From positions 42,681 through 106,680 of the forward strand of contig CAWEQH010000009.1 of assembly GCA_963811165.1 (NCBI GenBank): 64,000 bases of DNA, written 5' to 3'. Position 1 is the first letter of the stretch, and each line of letters opens with the position of its first letter. A program made the position numbers and the translations under genes. The notes under the pieces were generated by a model, which was not told the origin of the DNA, did not search any database, and was given only the letters and a program-made list of their open reading frames with translations. The stretch comes from an uncultured Nitrospiraceae bacterium (GTDB taxonomy: Bacteria > Nitrospirota > Thermodesulfovibrionia > Thermodesulfovibrionales > UBA6898). This document shows, in pieces, positions 10,745 through 21,263 of this stretch.

Positions 10745-11214
10745 CCGTCATCAAGGTGATTGCCGACAGGCTGACCGGAAAAGACCTGAAGCTGGGCGTT
10801 GCCGAGTCCTGCACCGGCGGGCTTATTGCACACGAGATCACGAACCTTCCCGGGGCGTCAAAATTTTTCGAGATGTCTGTCGTGAGCTACTCTGAAAAAT
10901 CCAAAAAAACTGTGCTCGGGTTAAGTGGGTCTTTGTTGAGAAAACACGGCACAGTAAGCGAAGAAGCGGCAGTTGCCATGGCCGAAGGTGTCAGGAAACT
11001 CTCAGGCGCGGACGTTTCTCTTTCGATCACGGGTGTGGCTGGGCCCGAGCCTCTTGAGGACAAAGACATCGGCCTCGTATATATGGCGGTCTCTCTGAAG
11101 GACATGACGGAATCGAAGGGGTTGAGCCTGCACGGCGACAGGGAGACGATCAAGAGAGACGCTTCACTGGAGGCGCTCATGTTTTTGAACCAGGTCCTGC
11201 GTTTATGGCTTTAA
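10726..11214 (+). CDS. cinA: CinA C-terminal domain protein (NMN deamidase PncC-like)
   Basis: AESCTGGLIA and ITGVAGP motifs. Confidence 0.88.
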   Translation: MENEFLTVIKVIADRLTGKDLKLGVAESCTGGLIAHEITNLPGASKFFEMSVVSYSEKSKKTVLGLSGSLLRKHGTVSEEAAVAMAEGVRKLSGADVSLSITGVAGPEPLEDKDIGLVYMAVSLKDMTESKGLSLHGDRETIKRDASLEALMFLNQVLRLWL

Positions 11215-11780
11215 GATGTTTTATCGCGGTGGCCCTGCCCGGACCGCTGAAGAGGGCTGTCGGGGAGGTCATATTAAAGCTCAAAGAATCCGGGGCCGAC
11301 ATCAAGTGGGTGCCTTATGAAAACCTCCACCTTACGCTCAAATTTCTAGGTGCTACCGGGGAGGAGCTCATAGATGAGATAAAGGGTGCGCTCAATAAAA
11401 AATTGTCCCATTACGCCCCTTTTTATATTAAAATAGGCGGCGTCGGGTATTTTCCCGGAGGAAGAACCCCGCGCGTAATATGGGTGGGAATCGAAGAACC
11501 GGGGTCCCTTGCGGACATCTGCGCGGATGTTGAGAATGTGATGGTGAAATTTGGTTATCCTCGGGAGGAGAGGCCATTTTCACCCCATCTGACGATCGGA
11601 AGGGTACGGTCTCCAAAGAGGGTCGCAGAGGTGACCAGGAGACTCGAGGGATTCCGCACCGTCGCTTTTGATGAATTCATGGTAAAGGAAGTGACTTTGA
11701 TGAAGAGCGAACTTAAACCCGGCGGGGCGGAATATTCCGGCCTTGCCGAAATATCTTTGGAGGGGAAAAATGACGATTAA
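11205..11780 (+). CDS. thpR: RNA 2',3'-cyclic phosphodiesterase
   Basis: Two HxT motifs ([18 protein letters not shown]). Confidence 0.92.
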   Translation: MALRCFIAVALPGPLKRAVGEVILKLKESGADIKWVPYENLHLTLKFLGATGEELIDEIKGALNKKLSHYAPFYIKIGGVGYFPGGRTPRVIWVGIEEPGSLADICADVENVMVKFGYPREERPFSPHLTIGRVRSPKRVAEVTRRLEGFRTVAFDEFMVKEVTLMKSELKPGGAEYSGLAEISLEGKNDD

Positions 11781-12793
11781 GGAGACCAGTAAAGAGATGA
11801 ATAAGGACAAGCTTAAGGCCCTCGAGATGGCGATTTCACAGATCGAGAAGAATTTCGGGAAGGGGTCGATCATGCGGCTCGGGGAAGATGGTGTGGTGGA
11901 AGGTGTGCAGTCTATCCCGACCGGCTCGCTCACGCTCGATATCGCAACGGGGATAGGGGGTCTTCCCAGGGGCCGGGTTGTAGAGATCTACGGACCGGAG
12001 TCTTCAGGGAAAACAACGCTTGCGCTGAATGCGATAGCACAGGCGCAGAACGCCGGCGGGGCAGCCGCATTTATCGACGCCGAGCATGCGCTTGACGTGA
12101 ATTATGCGAAGAGGATTGGGGTGAAGATCGAAGACCTCCTGGTCTCGCAGCCCGATACCGGTGAACAGGCGCTCGAAGTGGCCGAAGCGCTTGTCCGAAG
12201 CGGGGCACTCGATATTATCGTGATCGACTCGGTCGCCGCGCTTGTACCCAAGGCGGAGATCGAGGGAGACATGGGAGATTCCCTTCCGGGCCTGCAGGCC
12301 AGACTCATGAGCCAGGCGCTCAGGAAGTTGACTGCCTCGATCTCAAAGTCGAACACGACGGTGGTCTTCATCAATCAGATAAGGATGAAGATAGGGGTAA
12401 TGTTCGGAAGTCCGGAGACGACGACCGGCGGAAACGCGCTCAAATTTTACGCCTCGATGAGGCTCGATATCAGAAGGATCGAAAACATCAAGGACAACCA
12501 GGAGATCATAGGCGGCAGGGTCAGGGTCAAGGTCGTCAAAAACAAGATGGCCCCGCCCGTTTCGGCAGGCCGAATTCGACATACTTTTCAATCTCGGTGT
12601 TTCGAGGGAGGGTGAGATCGTCGACCTCGGCGTCGAGAAAGGGATCATCGAGAAGGCAGGCGCCTGGTACAGTTACGGCGGCAACAGGATCGGCCAGGGC
12701 AGGGAGAACGTGAAAGAGTATCTGAGGAACAATGTCCCTGTTGCCAAAGAAATAGAGGAGAAGATCACCGAGGCAGCGAATCTCAAGAAATGA
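11770..12793 (+). CDS. recA: RecA recombinase with a +1 frameshift at about 12556-12559
   Basis: GPESSGKTT and IDAEHALD motifs. Removing one base restores [15 protein letters not shown]...GAWYSY...IGQGRENV to a stop at 12793. Confidence 0.95.
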
Positions 12794-12809
12794 CCTCAAG
12801 GAGACAGGT

Positions 12810-13952
12810 ATGGATATCAACGAGCTTTTAAAATCGGCCCATTCGATGGGGGCTTCGGATGTACACCTGAAGGTGGGGTCCCAGCCTATCGTCAGGGTCA
12901 ACGGTCAGCTTGGTCCCATACCGGGAAACAGACTCAGCCAGGAAGAGACGCTGAAAATAGCTTTTTCCGTAATGAGCCCCGGGCAGAGGGAGACATTCAA
13001 GAAGAAAAACGACATCGACCTTGCCTACAGCGTGCCGGGACTCGGACGTTTCAGATGCAATATATTCATCCAGAGAGGGACGATAGGTCTCGTGTTCAGG
13101 GTAATCCCGATGAGAATCCCCACCATAGAGGAACTGCTGCTGCCGGAGATCATCAAAAAGATCTCCATGGAGCCGCGCGGACTCATCCTTGTTACGGGCA
13201 CCACCGGAAGCGGCAAGTCCACTACCCTGGCCGCGATGATAGACAATATAAACAGCACCAGGACCGACCATATCATGACGATCGAGGACCCGATCGAGTA
13301 TCTTCACAGGGACAAGAGGTCCATCGTAAACCAGCGGGAGGTCGGCAACGATACCGAATCCTTCAGCAAGGCGCTGAGGGCCGCCCTCAGACAAGACCCT
13401 GACGTAATCCTCGTCGGGGAGATGAGAGATTTTGAGACGATCCAGACCGCCCTTACCGCTGCCGAGACGGGACATCTCGTCCTGAGCACGCTGCATACGA
13501 TCGATTCGACCGAGACAGTCAACAGAATAATCTCTGTTTTTCCGCCCTACCAGCATAAGCAGGTAAGGATGCAGCTTGCCTCGGTCCTGAAAAGCATTAT
13601 CTCGATGAGGCTGGTCCCGAAAGAAGACGGCAAGGGGAGGGTACCTGCGGTGGAGGTCCTTATCGCGACCGCGATGATAAAAGACTGTATACTCGATCCT
13701 GACAAGACCAAGATGATACCGGACGTGATCGCCCAGGGCACGGTCCATTACGGCATGCAGACCTTCGACCAGTCGCTCTTTAGCCTTTTCAAATCGGGGT
13801 TAATCTCCTATGAAGAGGCCCTCAGAAGGGCCACCAACCCTGATGATTTTGCGCTGAAGGTCAAAGGCATACAGTCCACGAGCGACCTGGCCTATGACGA
13901 CTCGCCCCGACCTGACAAGGAAGAAATGAAGATTGACAGATTCGCGCAGTGA
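12810..13952 (+). CDS. pilT: Type IV pilus retraction ATPase (PilT/PilU family)
   Basis: GTTGSGKSTT, TIEDPIE, ALRQDPD, AETGHLVLSTLH and GMQTFDQ motifs. Confidence 0.9.
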   Translation: MDINELLKSAHSMGASDVHLKVGSQPIVRVNGQLGPIPGNRLSQEETLKIAFSVMSPGQRETFKKKNDIDLAYSVPGLGRFRCNIFIQRGTIGLVFRVIPMRIPTIEELLLPEIIKKISMEPRGLILVTGTTGSGKSTTLAAMIDNINSTRTDHIMTIEDPIEYLHRDKRSIVNQREVGNDTESFSKALRAALRQDPDVILVGEMRDFETIQTALTAAETGHLVLSTLHTIDSTETVNRIISVFPPYQHKQVRMQLASVLKSIISMRLVPKEDGKGRVPAVEVLIATAMIKDCILDPDKTKMIPDVIAQGTVHYGMQTFDQSLFSLFKSGLISYEEALRRATNPDDFALKVKGIQSTSDLAYDDSPRPDKEEMKIDRFAQ

Positions 13953-14409
13953 TGTCAGAAGACATGCCTTTCGATTGCTCGGCTACCGGGGAAGAAGTGA
14001 AAAAGAATTAAGGGAGCGGCTTGTCAGAAAAGGTTTTTCGGAATCTGCGGTTTCAAAGACGCTTCTGTACCTGAAAGAGGCCGGATTTATCAATGACGCG
14101 GCCCTCGCAGAGGACCTTAAGAGACAGGCCCTCGGGCAGAAAAAGCTCGGTTACAGTGCGACCCGGTCTTTTATGCAAAAGAGGGGTCTCCCAAGGGACC
14201 TTGTAGAATCGACTTTGGGATATGATGAAGAGGTCGAACTCGGTAACGCCCGGAACCTCCTGGAAAAGAAACTCAAGTCCGCGGGAAATTATCTCACGGT
14301 GAAGGAAAAAAAGAGACTTTAGGATTATCTGTCGCGAAGGGGCTTTTCGTCTTCCGTTATAAGTAAGGTGTTCAGAGACTTCGAATCAGACGAGAGAGAG
14401 GAAGGATGA
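13933..14409 (+). CDS. recX: RecX regulator with an in-frame TAG at 14320-14322
   Basis: LLGYRGRSEKELRERL motif. The frame continues after TAG as DYLSRRGF (third RecX repeat) to TGA at 14409. Confidence 0.85.
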
Positions 14410-14479
14410 AAAAGGTGTGTAATCGGTTGTTCCTTAAGGAAGATATAGGGGTGAATGAAGCGGGTGCAAGGAGAAGGCC

Positions 14480-17116
14480 GTGAAGGGCTCGGAGATAAGA
14501 AGAACGTTTCTTGAGTTTTTCAGATCGAAGGGACATACGGTCGTCCCGAGCTCGTCGCTCATCCCCGGCGACGACCCGACGCTTCTTTTTACGAACGCGG
14601 GCATGGTGCAGTTCAAGTCCGTTTTTTTAGGACAGGAGCGGAGACAATATAGCCGGGCCACCACGAGTCAAAAGTGCATGAGGGCGGGGGGGAAGCACAA
14701 CGACCTCGAAAACGTCGGGCATACGGCGCGACACCATACCTTCTTTGAGATGCTCGGGAATTTTTCGTTCGGGGACTACTTTAAGCGTGATGCCATCATC
14801 TTCGCCTGGGAACTCCTGACAGAAAATTTCAACCTGCCGAAGGAGCGACTTTGGGCGACGGTCTACGAGGATGACGACGAGGCGGCCGGGCTATGGACGG
14901 AGCTCACAGAGATACCCGCGGCACGAGTGGTAAGACTCGGGGCGAAGGACAATTTCTGGCAGATGGGCGATACCGGTCCGTGCGGGCCCTGCTCAGAGAT
15001 CATCATCGATCAGGGCGCCGAGATCGGGTGCGGGAAGCCGGACTGTACCGTAGGATGTGAGTGCGACCGTTATCTGGAGATTTGGAACCTTGTGTTCATG
15101 CAGTTCGACAGAGACAAGGCCGGGAGCCTCAATCCGCTTCCGAAACCGAGCATAGATACGGGCATGGGGCTTGAACGACTGGCCGCTGTGTTACAGGGCA
15201 AACATAATAATTTCGACTCCGATCTTTTTGTCCCGATCATCAGGGACATTTGCCGTTTCTCGAACAAGACGTACGGCAAAGACCGCGCGACCGATACTGC
15301 GATAAGGGTGATTGCGGACCATATCAGGGCCATAACCTTTTTGCTCTCGGAGGGGTTGACCCCGTCCAACGAAGGCAGGGGTTACGTGCTCAGGAGGATC
15401 ATACGCCGCGCCGCGCGCTATGCAAAGTCCCTCGATATCGGCGTTCCTGTCCTTCACACGTTATGCGGTTCCGTGGCAGAGGCGATGTCCGATGCCTATC
15501 CCGAACTCGCCGATGAGCAGGCGAGGGTAGAGCAGATGCTTCGGATGGAGGAGGAAAGGTTCGACAAGACACTCGAACAGGGTCTTTCTCTTTTAAACAG
15601 CATCATCAGAGACGTAAAGGAAAATGGGGCCGATACCATAGGAGGGGATGATCTCTTCAGGCTCTATGACACGTACGGATTTCCGCTCGATATCGCAAGG
15701 GACATTGCGGCGGAGCATGGACTTAAGATCGATGAGTCCGGGTTCCACAGCGAGATGCAGAAGCAAAAGACCAAGGCGCGTGCGTCGTGGACCCAAGAGG
15801 AGGCCGCATCAGCGCCCGTTTACCGGGAGCTGCTTGCGAAGTACAGAAAGACCGAATTTAGCGGGTATGAGTCCATAGAGTCGGAAGCAACGGTGCTTGC
15901 GCTCATCTCAAACGGCGAATCGGTCGGTGAGTTGGCGGCGGGACAACAGGGGGAAGTCCTTCTGGACGTAACGCCCTTCTACGCCGAATCGGGCGGTCAG
16001 GTCGGAGACACCGGCGAGCTTTCGTCCGACTCGGTAAAGGCTGTCGTGCTCGACACGAAAAAACCGGTTGAAGGAATATCGGTGCATAAGGTCGAGATCA
16101 AAAAAGGGGCGTTAAAGACAGGCTCGAAAATACGGTGCTCGGTCGACGTCCAAAAAAGGCTTGCCACCATGAGAAACCATACGGCGACACACCTTATTCA
16201 TGCATCGCTTCGAAACCTCCTCGGCGAACACGTCAAACAGGCCGGCTCTTACGTATCGCCTGAGAGTCTCCGGTTCGATTTCAACCATTTCTATGCCCTC
16301 GACAAAAATACGATAGAGGCCCTGGAAGACGAAGTAAACGAGCAGATACTTAAGAACATCAAAGTAGAGACCACGGTGATGGATACGGCGAAGGCCATGG
16401 AATCGGGTGTTACCGCGCTTTTCGGGGAAAAGTACGGCGACAAGGTGCGGGTTGTGACCGTCCGGGGAATATCTGCCGAGCTCTGCGGAGGCACGCATGT
16501 CAGCGCCACTGGTGACATCGGTCTTCTTAAGATACTTGCCGAAGGGAGTGTCGCGTCGGGCATAAGAAGAATTGAAGCGGTGACAGGCAAGGAGGCAGTC
16601 CGTTATTTCAGGGGCAGGGAAAAAGAGCTTGGCCAGGTAACCGAGGTCCTCAAGACCTCTGAAAACCCGTCTGAGAGGGTCAGGAAACTCGTTACGGAAA
16701 TGAAGGAACTCGAGAAGGAGCTTGAGAAGTTCAAAGGCAGGTCTGCTGCAGAGAGATCTTCGGAGATACTCGCAAAGGCGCGTGAGGCCGGCGGGGTGAA
16801 GGTGGTTGCCTGCAGGGTCGACGGCATGGAGACGAAAGACTTGAGGGTCCTGGCCGACAACGTCAGGGAAGGTCTCGGCTCGGGCATCCTGATGCTGGCG
16901 TCGGTGAAGGACGACCAGGCGGCAATGGTCGCGATGGTAACGAAGGACCTGGTCGAAAGGTTCAGTGCGGGGGACCTCCTCAAGAAGGTGGCTGCTGCTG
17001 CAGGAGGCAGGGGAGGCGGCAAGCCCGACATCGCACAGGGCGGTACGAAGGAGATCAAAAAGCTGGACAAGGCCCTCGAATCATTATACGATATAGTTAA
17101 GAAAGAGGCGGGCTGA
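14480..17116 (+). CDS. alaS: Alanine--tRNA ligase
   Basis: DPTLLFTNAGM, HHTFFEMLGNFSFGDYFK, HTATH, ELCGGTH and GGGKPDIAQGG motifs. Confidence 0.98.
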   Translation: MKGSEIRRTFLEFFRSKGHTVVPSSSLIPGDDPTLLFTNAGMVQFKSVFLGQERRQYSRATTSQKCMRAGGKHNDLENVGHTARHHTFFEMLGNFSFGDYFKRDAIIFAWELLTENFNLPKERLWATVYEDDDEAAGLWTELTEIPAARVVRLGAKDNFWQMGDTGPCGPCSEIIIDQGAEIGCGKPDCTVGCECDRYLEIWNLVFMQFDRDKAGSLNPLPKPSIDTGMGLERLAAVLQGKHNNFDSDLFVPIIRDICRFSNKTYGKDRATDTAIRVIADHIRAITFLLSEGLTPSNEGRGYVLRRIIRRAARYAKSLDIGVPVLHTLCGSVAEAMSDAYPELADEQARVEQMLRMEEERFDKTLEQGLSLLNSIIRDVKENGADTIGGDDLFRLYDTYGFPLDIARDIAAEHGLKIDESGFHSEMQKQKTKARASWTQEEAASAPVYRELLAKYRKTEFSGYESIESEATVLALISNGESVGELAAGQQGEVLLDVTPFYAESGGQVGDTGELSSDSVKAVVLDTKKPVEGISVHKVEIKKGALKTGSKIRCSVDVQKRLATMRNHTATHLIHASLRNLLGEHVKQAGSYVSPESLRFDFNHFYALDKNTIEALEDEVNEQILKNIKVETTVMDTAKAMESGVTALFGEKYGDKVRVVTVRGISAELCGGTHVSATGDIGLLKILAEGSVASGIRRIEAVTGKEAVRYFRGREKELGQVTEVLKTSENPSERVRKLVTEMKELEKELEKFKGRSAAERSSEILAKAREAGGVKVVACRVDGMETKDLRVLADNVREGLGSGILMLASVKDDQAAMVAMVTKDLVERFSAGDLLKKVAAAAGGRGGGKPDIAQGGTKEIKKLDKALESLYDIVKKEAG

Positions 17117-17162
17117 TGCCCGTCGAAGCGGTTTGAACTACTAATATTGAGGAGGGCTTATT

Positions 17163-17474
17163 ATGTCGTTAATCGATACCATCAGGAATGCGATGCTTGC
17201 CGGTTTCGGGATGCAGGAGAAGGTGAAGGAATTCGTTGATGACCTCGTGAAAAAAGGTGAGCTGAGCGAGTCCCAGGCCGCAAAGCTCGTGAAGGAGTGG
17301 TCTGATAAATTCGAAAAAAACACTACCGACATCAGCAAGAGTCTTAACGAAGTGGTGACCAAGACACTAGAGAAGATGAACCTCTCGACGAAGGACGATA
17401 TTCAGAAGCTTAACGAAAAAGTCGATACGCTGGCTGCAAGGCTGGCGAAGATCGAAGATAGAAAAGCGGAGTGA
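17163..17474 (+). CDS. Phasin-like (PHA granule-associated family) protein
   Basis: LAGFG...VDDLVKKGELS...coiled C-terminus; adjacent to an ABC1 kinase, as is usual for this family. Confidence 0.75.
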   Translation: MSLIDTIRNAMLAGFGMQEKVKEFVDDLVKKGELSESQAAKLVKEWSDKFEKNTTDISKSLNEVVTKTLEKMNLSTKDDIQKLNEKVDTLAARLAKIEDRKAE

Positions 17475-17489
17475 CGGGAAGGCTGCTAG

Positions 17490-19193
17490 ATGCCCTTTAA
17501 CCTTCTGGGCCTCAGAAGGACATTCAGAAACGCAAACAGGGTAGGGCAGATCGTCAATGTCTTTCTCAAATACGGCTTCGGAAAGATAGTCGACCAGCTT
17601 CACCTCAACAGGTTCGTCCCGTTCAGAAAGCGTCTCAGGACCTTCGGTCAGTGGCCTCCTCTGAAAAGCCCGACCGTGCCTGAAAAACTCAGGATGGCCT
17701 TTGCCGAGCTCGGCCCGAGTTTCATCAAGCTCGCCCAGATACTTTCGACGAGGCCCGACCTCATCAGCAAGCCCTTTGCGGACGAATTCAAGAAGCTTCA
17801 GGACAGGGTCCCCCCTTTTCCCGCTGAAGAGGCGAGGGCGATAGTAGAGGCAGAGACCGGCCGTCCCGTCGAGCAGGTATTTTCCAGACTCGACGCCGAT
17901 CCGGTAGCTGCTGCCTCGATAGCCCAGGTATATCACGGGACGTTGCGAGACGGCAGTGAGGTGGTCGTCAAGGTCCAGAGGCCGGGGATCAGGGACCAGA
18001 TTGAGACTGACATCAGCATCCTGACGGCGGTGGCCCAGCTGATGGAGAGGTACATATCCGAGAGCGTCTTTTATAACCCCACCGGCATTGTCGAAGAATT
18101 TGCGAGGACCGTCAGGAAAGAGCTCGATTTTACCGAGGAGGCGAGGAACTGCGTCCGGTTCAGGAGGAACTTCGAGTCTGTCCATGAGGTGGTCATTCCG
18201 AAGATCTACAGTGAATTCACGACGGACACGCTTCTCGTCATGGAGAGGATCGACGGCGTAAGGATAGACGACATTGCAGAGATTACCGCACTCGGGCTTG
18301 ACCGGGTGAGACTGGCGAAGATCGGCGTGGACGCCTATTTCAAGCAGGTGCTCGAGGACGGTTTTTTTCATGCGGACCCTCATGCGGGCAATATCTTCGC
18401 GCTGAGGGACGGCAGGATAGGGTTCATGGATTTCGGGATAGTCGGGAGGGTCACGCCCGAACTCAGGGAGACGATGGCTAATACCTTTCTCGCCCTGATC
18501 CACAAGGACTTCGACAGGCTTATCGAGCAGTACATCGAACTCGGTCTCGTGCCCGAACACGTTGACCTCGACGTATTCAGAAGGGAATTCAGGCTGGACC
18601 TCGCGGATTTTCTCGAGCCGCTCTACGGTCGGACGTTAAAAGAGTTGAATTTTGCGGAATACATGGACACCGTGACCCATCTTGCGATCAAGCATAGGAT
18701 GAAGATACCGTCTGACCTGATACTCGTCAATAAGGCGATGCTTATCCTTGAAAACCTCGGCCGGGAACTCGACCCGGATTTCGATTTCATAGCCGCCGCG
18801 GAGCCCTATGCGACAAAGCTCGTGAAGGAGAGGATAAGTCCGGGCAGGATCTATGAGAAGACAAGAAAAAACCTTATGGAAGTGAGCGACTTCGTGGTGC
18901 TCTTCCCTAAGCAGATGAAACAGATCATAAGGAAGATCCTGAAGGACGACATCCATATCAAGATGACGCATATGGGGCTCGATAAATTCATACGGGACAT
19001 GGACCGTTCGAGCAACAGGATATCCTTCAGTCTTATCATAAGCGCCATCCTGCTCAGCTCGGCGATCATGCATGCCACGGGTGTCGGCCCTAAGTATCAT
19101 GGCATGTCGATCCTCGGTTTCCTCTCCTTCGGCTTCGCCTTTCTTATGGGCATCTGGCTTCTCATATCGATAATAAGGTCGGGCAGGCTCTGA
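17490..19193 (+). CDS. ubiB: AarF/ABC1/UbiB family kinase
   Basis: LGPSFIKLAQ, AAASIAQV, VVKVQRP, FHADPHAGN and DFG motifs. Confidence 0.88.
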   Translation: MPFNLLGLRRTFRNANRVGQIVNVFLKYGFGKIVDQLHLNRFVPFRKRLRTFGQWPPLKSPTVPEKLRMAFAELGPSFIKLAQILSTRPDLISKPFADEFKKLQDRVPPFPAEEARAIVEAETGRPVEQVFSRLDADPVAAASIAQVYHGTLRDGSEVVVKVQRPGIRDQIETDISILTAVAQLMERYISESVFYNPTGIVEEFARTVRKELDFTEEARNCVRFRRNFESVHEVVIPKIYSEFTTDTLLVMERIDGVRIDDIAEITALGLDRVRLAKIGVDAYFKQVLEDGFFHADPHAGNIFALRDGRIGFMDFGIVGRVTPELRETMANTFLALIHKDFDRLIEQYIELGLVPEHVDLDVFRREFRLDLADFLEPLYGRTLKELNFAEYMDTVTHLAIKHRMKIPSDLILVNKAMLILENLGRELDPDFDFIAAAEPYATKLVKERISPGRIYEKTRKNLMEVSDFVVLFPKQMKQIIRKILKDDIHIKMTHMGLDKFIRDMDRSSNRISFSLIISAILLSSAIMHATGVGPKYHGMSILGFLSFGFAFLMGIWLLISIIRSGRL

Positions 19194-19264
19194 ACAGTTG
19201 AAGTTATACTTGCATCTATTTATATTTCTGAAACAACAGCAAGGGGAAAGGGGGGATTAGGGAC

Positions 19265-19846
19265 ATGTCCGACACCAGGTATTGTTTATGCTGCGATGAG
19301 CAGGTGCCTTTTGGTTTGGTGGAGAGGAATGAACGGAGGGAGGTCACCTGCAATTACTGCGGATTTATACTCGATATCGAGAAATTTGCAGAGATGCGTC
19401 AGGTGGATTCAAAGGGGTATACGCTCGTCGCCGACGATTCGAGGTACACAAGAAAAATAATCGAGGACCTCGTCATCGATAAGAAATTCTCCTCGGACGT
19501 CATGTCTTTTGAAAACGGACTCGAACTGATCACTGCATACTCCAAATTCCTTGCGGAAAGGAAGGCGGTCGACGTAGCGATTATCGATCTCAACATGCCG
19601 GTGATGAACGGTCTTACCGCTGCCAGGGCGATCCGGGCGATCGAGGCGCAGAAGAAGATTCCCTTTGTCCCGATAGTTTTTTTCTCGGCTGAAAAGGCTG
19701 ACGATGACCTCAAGGAACAGATGCAGAGCCTCGAGCCCGCCTATTATGTAAACAAGGGCTCTGACCCCGACCCCGATAAACTTGCCGGCCGTGTCGAGTA
19801 TTTGTTGGGATATTTGCGGGACAAGTTCGGTCGCCAGCCGGGATAA
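19265..19846 (+). CDS. Response regulator receiver with an N-terminal Cys-rich ribbon
   Basis: CLCC..CNYC, then LVADDS, IIDLNMPVMNG, FFSA and VNKG. Confidence 0.8.
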   Translation: MSDTRYCLCCDEQVPFGLVERNERREVTCNYCGFILDIEKFAEMRQVDSKGYTLVADDSRYTRKIIEDLVIDKKFSSDVMSFENGLELITAYSKFLAERKAVDVAIIDLNMPVMNGLTAARAIRAIEAQKKIPFVPIVFFSAEKADDDLKEQMQSLEPAYYVNKGSDPDPDKLAGRVEYLLGYLRDKFGRQPG

Positions 19847-19914
19847 TCGATCGAGCTCAGGAGAGAACCAGCTTCTCTTAAGAGGCTTAAAAAAATCTCC
19901 CCCAAAGGAGATCT

Positions 19915-20310
19915 CTAAACTCCCGCTCTTTGGGGAAGCCCATGATACTGAATGGTAACTTTATAGGTGATGTCTACATGCCTGGAGGTGATGCCGCTGC
20001 CCTCACAATGTAACTCTCCCTTTTCCGATGATACATGATTTCTGATCATCTGTGTGACAACCTGGTCAAGATGGAACCCTTCCGTGCAATCCTTACAATC
20101 TCTGTTGAGGCATTCAACACGGAAATACGCGTGGCTTTCGGAGAAGAAATTGAGAGTCCGCAATAAGTGAACCGCACCCATTCCCTTTCCGTTGTGTTCC
20201 ATGTCAACGACTATGCCTGAAACTTCGGGAAAACGCTGAGAAATAAGTCCGGCATCATCCCTCTCCTGTGTTCTTTCCAGCTTTGCATCACACTTTTCAC
20301 GATAGGTCAT
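19915..20310 (-). CDS. Hypothetical Cys-containing protein
   Basis: 131 aa ORF with AAGGTG RBS; ECLNRDCKDC...HCEG. Confidence 0.65.
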   Translation of the reverse strand: MTYREKCDAKLERTQERDDAGLISQRFPEVSGIVVDMEHNGKGMGAVHLLRTLNFFSESHAYFRVECLNRDCKDCTEGFHLDQVVTQMIRNHVSSEKGELHCEGSGITSRHVDITYKVTIQYHGLPQRAGV

Positions 20311-20454
20311 TATTCACCTTTCAGATGACGGGGCTCGTTGAACTGATCTATTAATACCACGTCCCGGGTCCATAAGTCCAATCGGTCCCGGGATAACAGC
20401 CATTACCGGGGGAAAGGGCCTTTACGTATTGTAAGAACCCTCTTCTCACGGGGG

Positions 20455-20955
20455 TTACTCCTGGTAGCCCACGGATGTCACCACAAAGGCCTCCGTACCG
20501 CCTGGTCTGATCACCACAACTTCTTCCCCCTCGGTCTTGTGCAATAACGCTTTTGCCATCGGAGAATCGATACTGATAAAACCCCTCTCGGCGTCGAATT
20601 CGTCCGGGCCGACAATACGATACCGGAACCGGCCCCCCCCTGAACCCTCAAGCTCGACCCAGGCGCCGAAAAACACCTTCGACGCATCATCAGGCTTCCT
20701 GTCCACGACAATCAACTCGCTTAACCTCTTTGTGAGGAACCTCATGCGGGAATCGATCTGTCTTAATTGTTTCTTACCGTAAATATACTCGGCGTTTTCT
20801 GACCGGTCCCCCATGGCAGCGGCTTCGGCAACCGCCTGTGTCACCTGCGGGCGCTTCACCTTCCAGAGGTATGACAGTTCCTCGCTTAAATGCGTTCGCC
20901 CTTCAGGCGTAATATACGGGGAGACGTTTGCGTTGTGAAGGGAGGGCCTGGCCAT
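20455..20955 (-). CDS. greB: Transcription elongation factor GreB
   Basis: YITPEG, GDRSENAEYIYGKKQLRQID and ISIDSPMAKAL motifs. Confidence 0.95.
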   Translation of the reverse strand: MARPSLHNANVSPYITPEGRTHLSEELSYLWKVKRPQVTQAVAEAAAMGDRSENAEYIYGKKQLRQIDSRMRFLTKRLSELIVVDRKPDDASKVFFGAWVELEGSGGGRFRYRIVGPDEFDAERGFISIDSPMAKALLHKTEGEEVVVIRPGGTEAFVVTSVGYQE

Positions 20956-20958
20956 TCC

Positions 20959-21162
20959 TTATTTCCTTTTTTTGTCCCCTTCGTCTTTACGGGCGGTATG
21001 AGTGATGATGAAATTCTCCGGCCGGAGGTCCGGATCTTTCTCCAGCTCCTCGACAAAGACAGTGATCGCCTTTCGCATGAAGGCCGAGAAGTGTATACGT
21101 CCCGGTAATGCCTGGATCCTCTGTCGTGTATCTTCGTCGATTGTTGCCGTATACTTTGCCAT
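20959..21162 (-). CDS. Small hypothetical protein, possible ribbon-helix-helix
   Basis: 67 aa, GGAGG RBS, ends 3 nt before greB; beta-alpha-alpha pattern (YTATID..FSAFMRKAI). Confidence 0.6.
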   Translation of the reverse strand: MAKYTATIDEDTRQRIQALPGRIHFSAFMRKAITVFVEELEKDPDLRPENFIITHTARKDEGDKKRK

Positions 21163-21263
21163 AACTGTTCCTCCGTTCCTTATATGGTATTATAACGGAA
21201 CCACCGCTTCGCCGTGTCGCAACCCGCCGCCAGGAGTGAAAGGCGGTCCTTCTGCCGGGCAAT

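Noticed and set aside
12550..12565. recA frameshift as a real pseudogene or programmed shift
   Set aside because: Both halves are fully conserved, and similar 1-nt indels hit xerC and the RND gene. An assembly error is most likely; check the reads.
12810..13952. pilT between recA and recX as a novel arrangement
   Set aside because: As I recall, the order recA-pilT-recX-alaS also occurs in Geobacter, so it is probably conserved rather than new.
17367..18560. Long antisense ORFs (also 12828-13748, 32654-33748, 52776-53666)
   Set aside because: These are shadow frames of well-supported genes and have no recognisable motifs.
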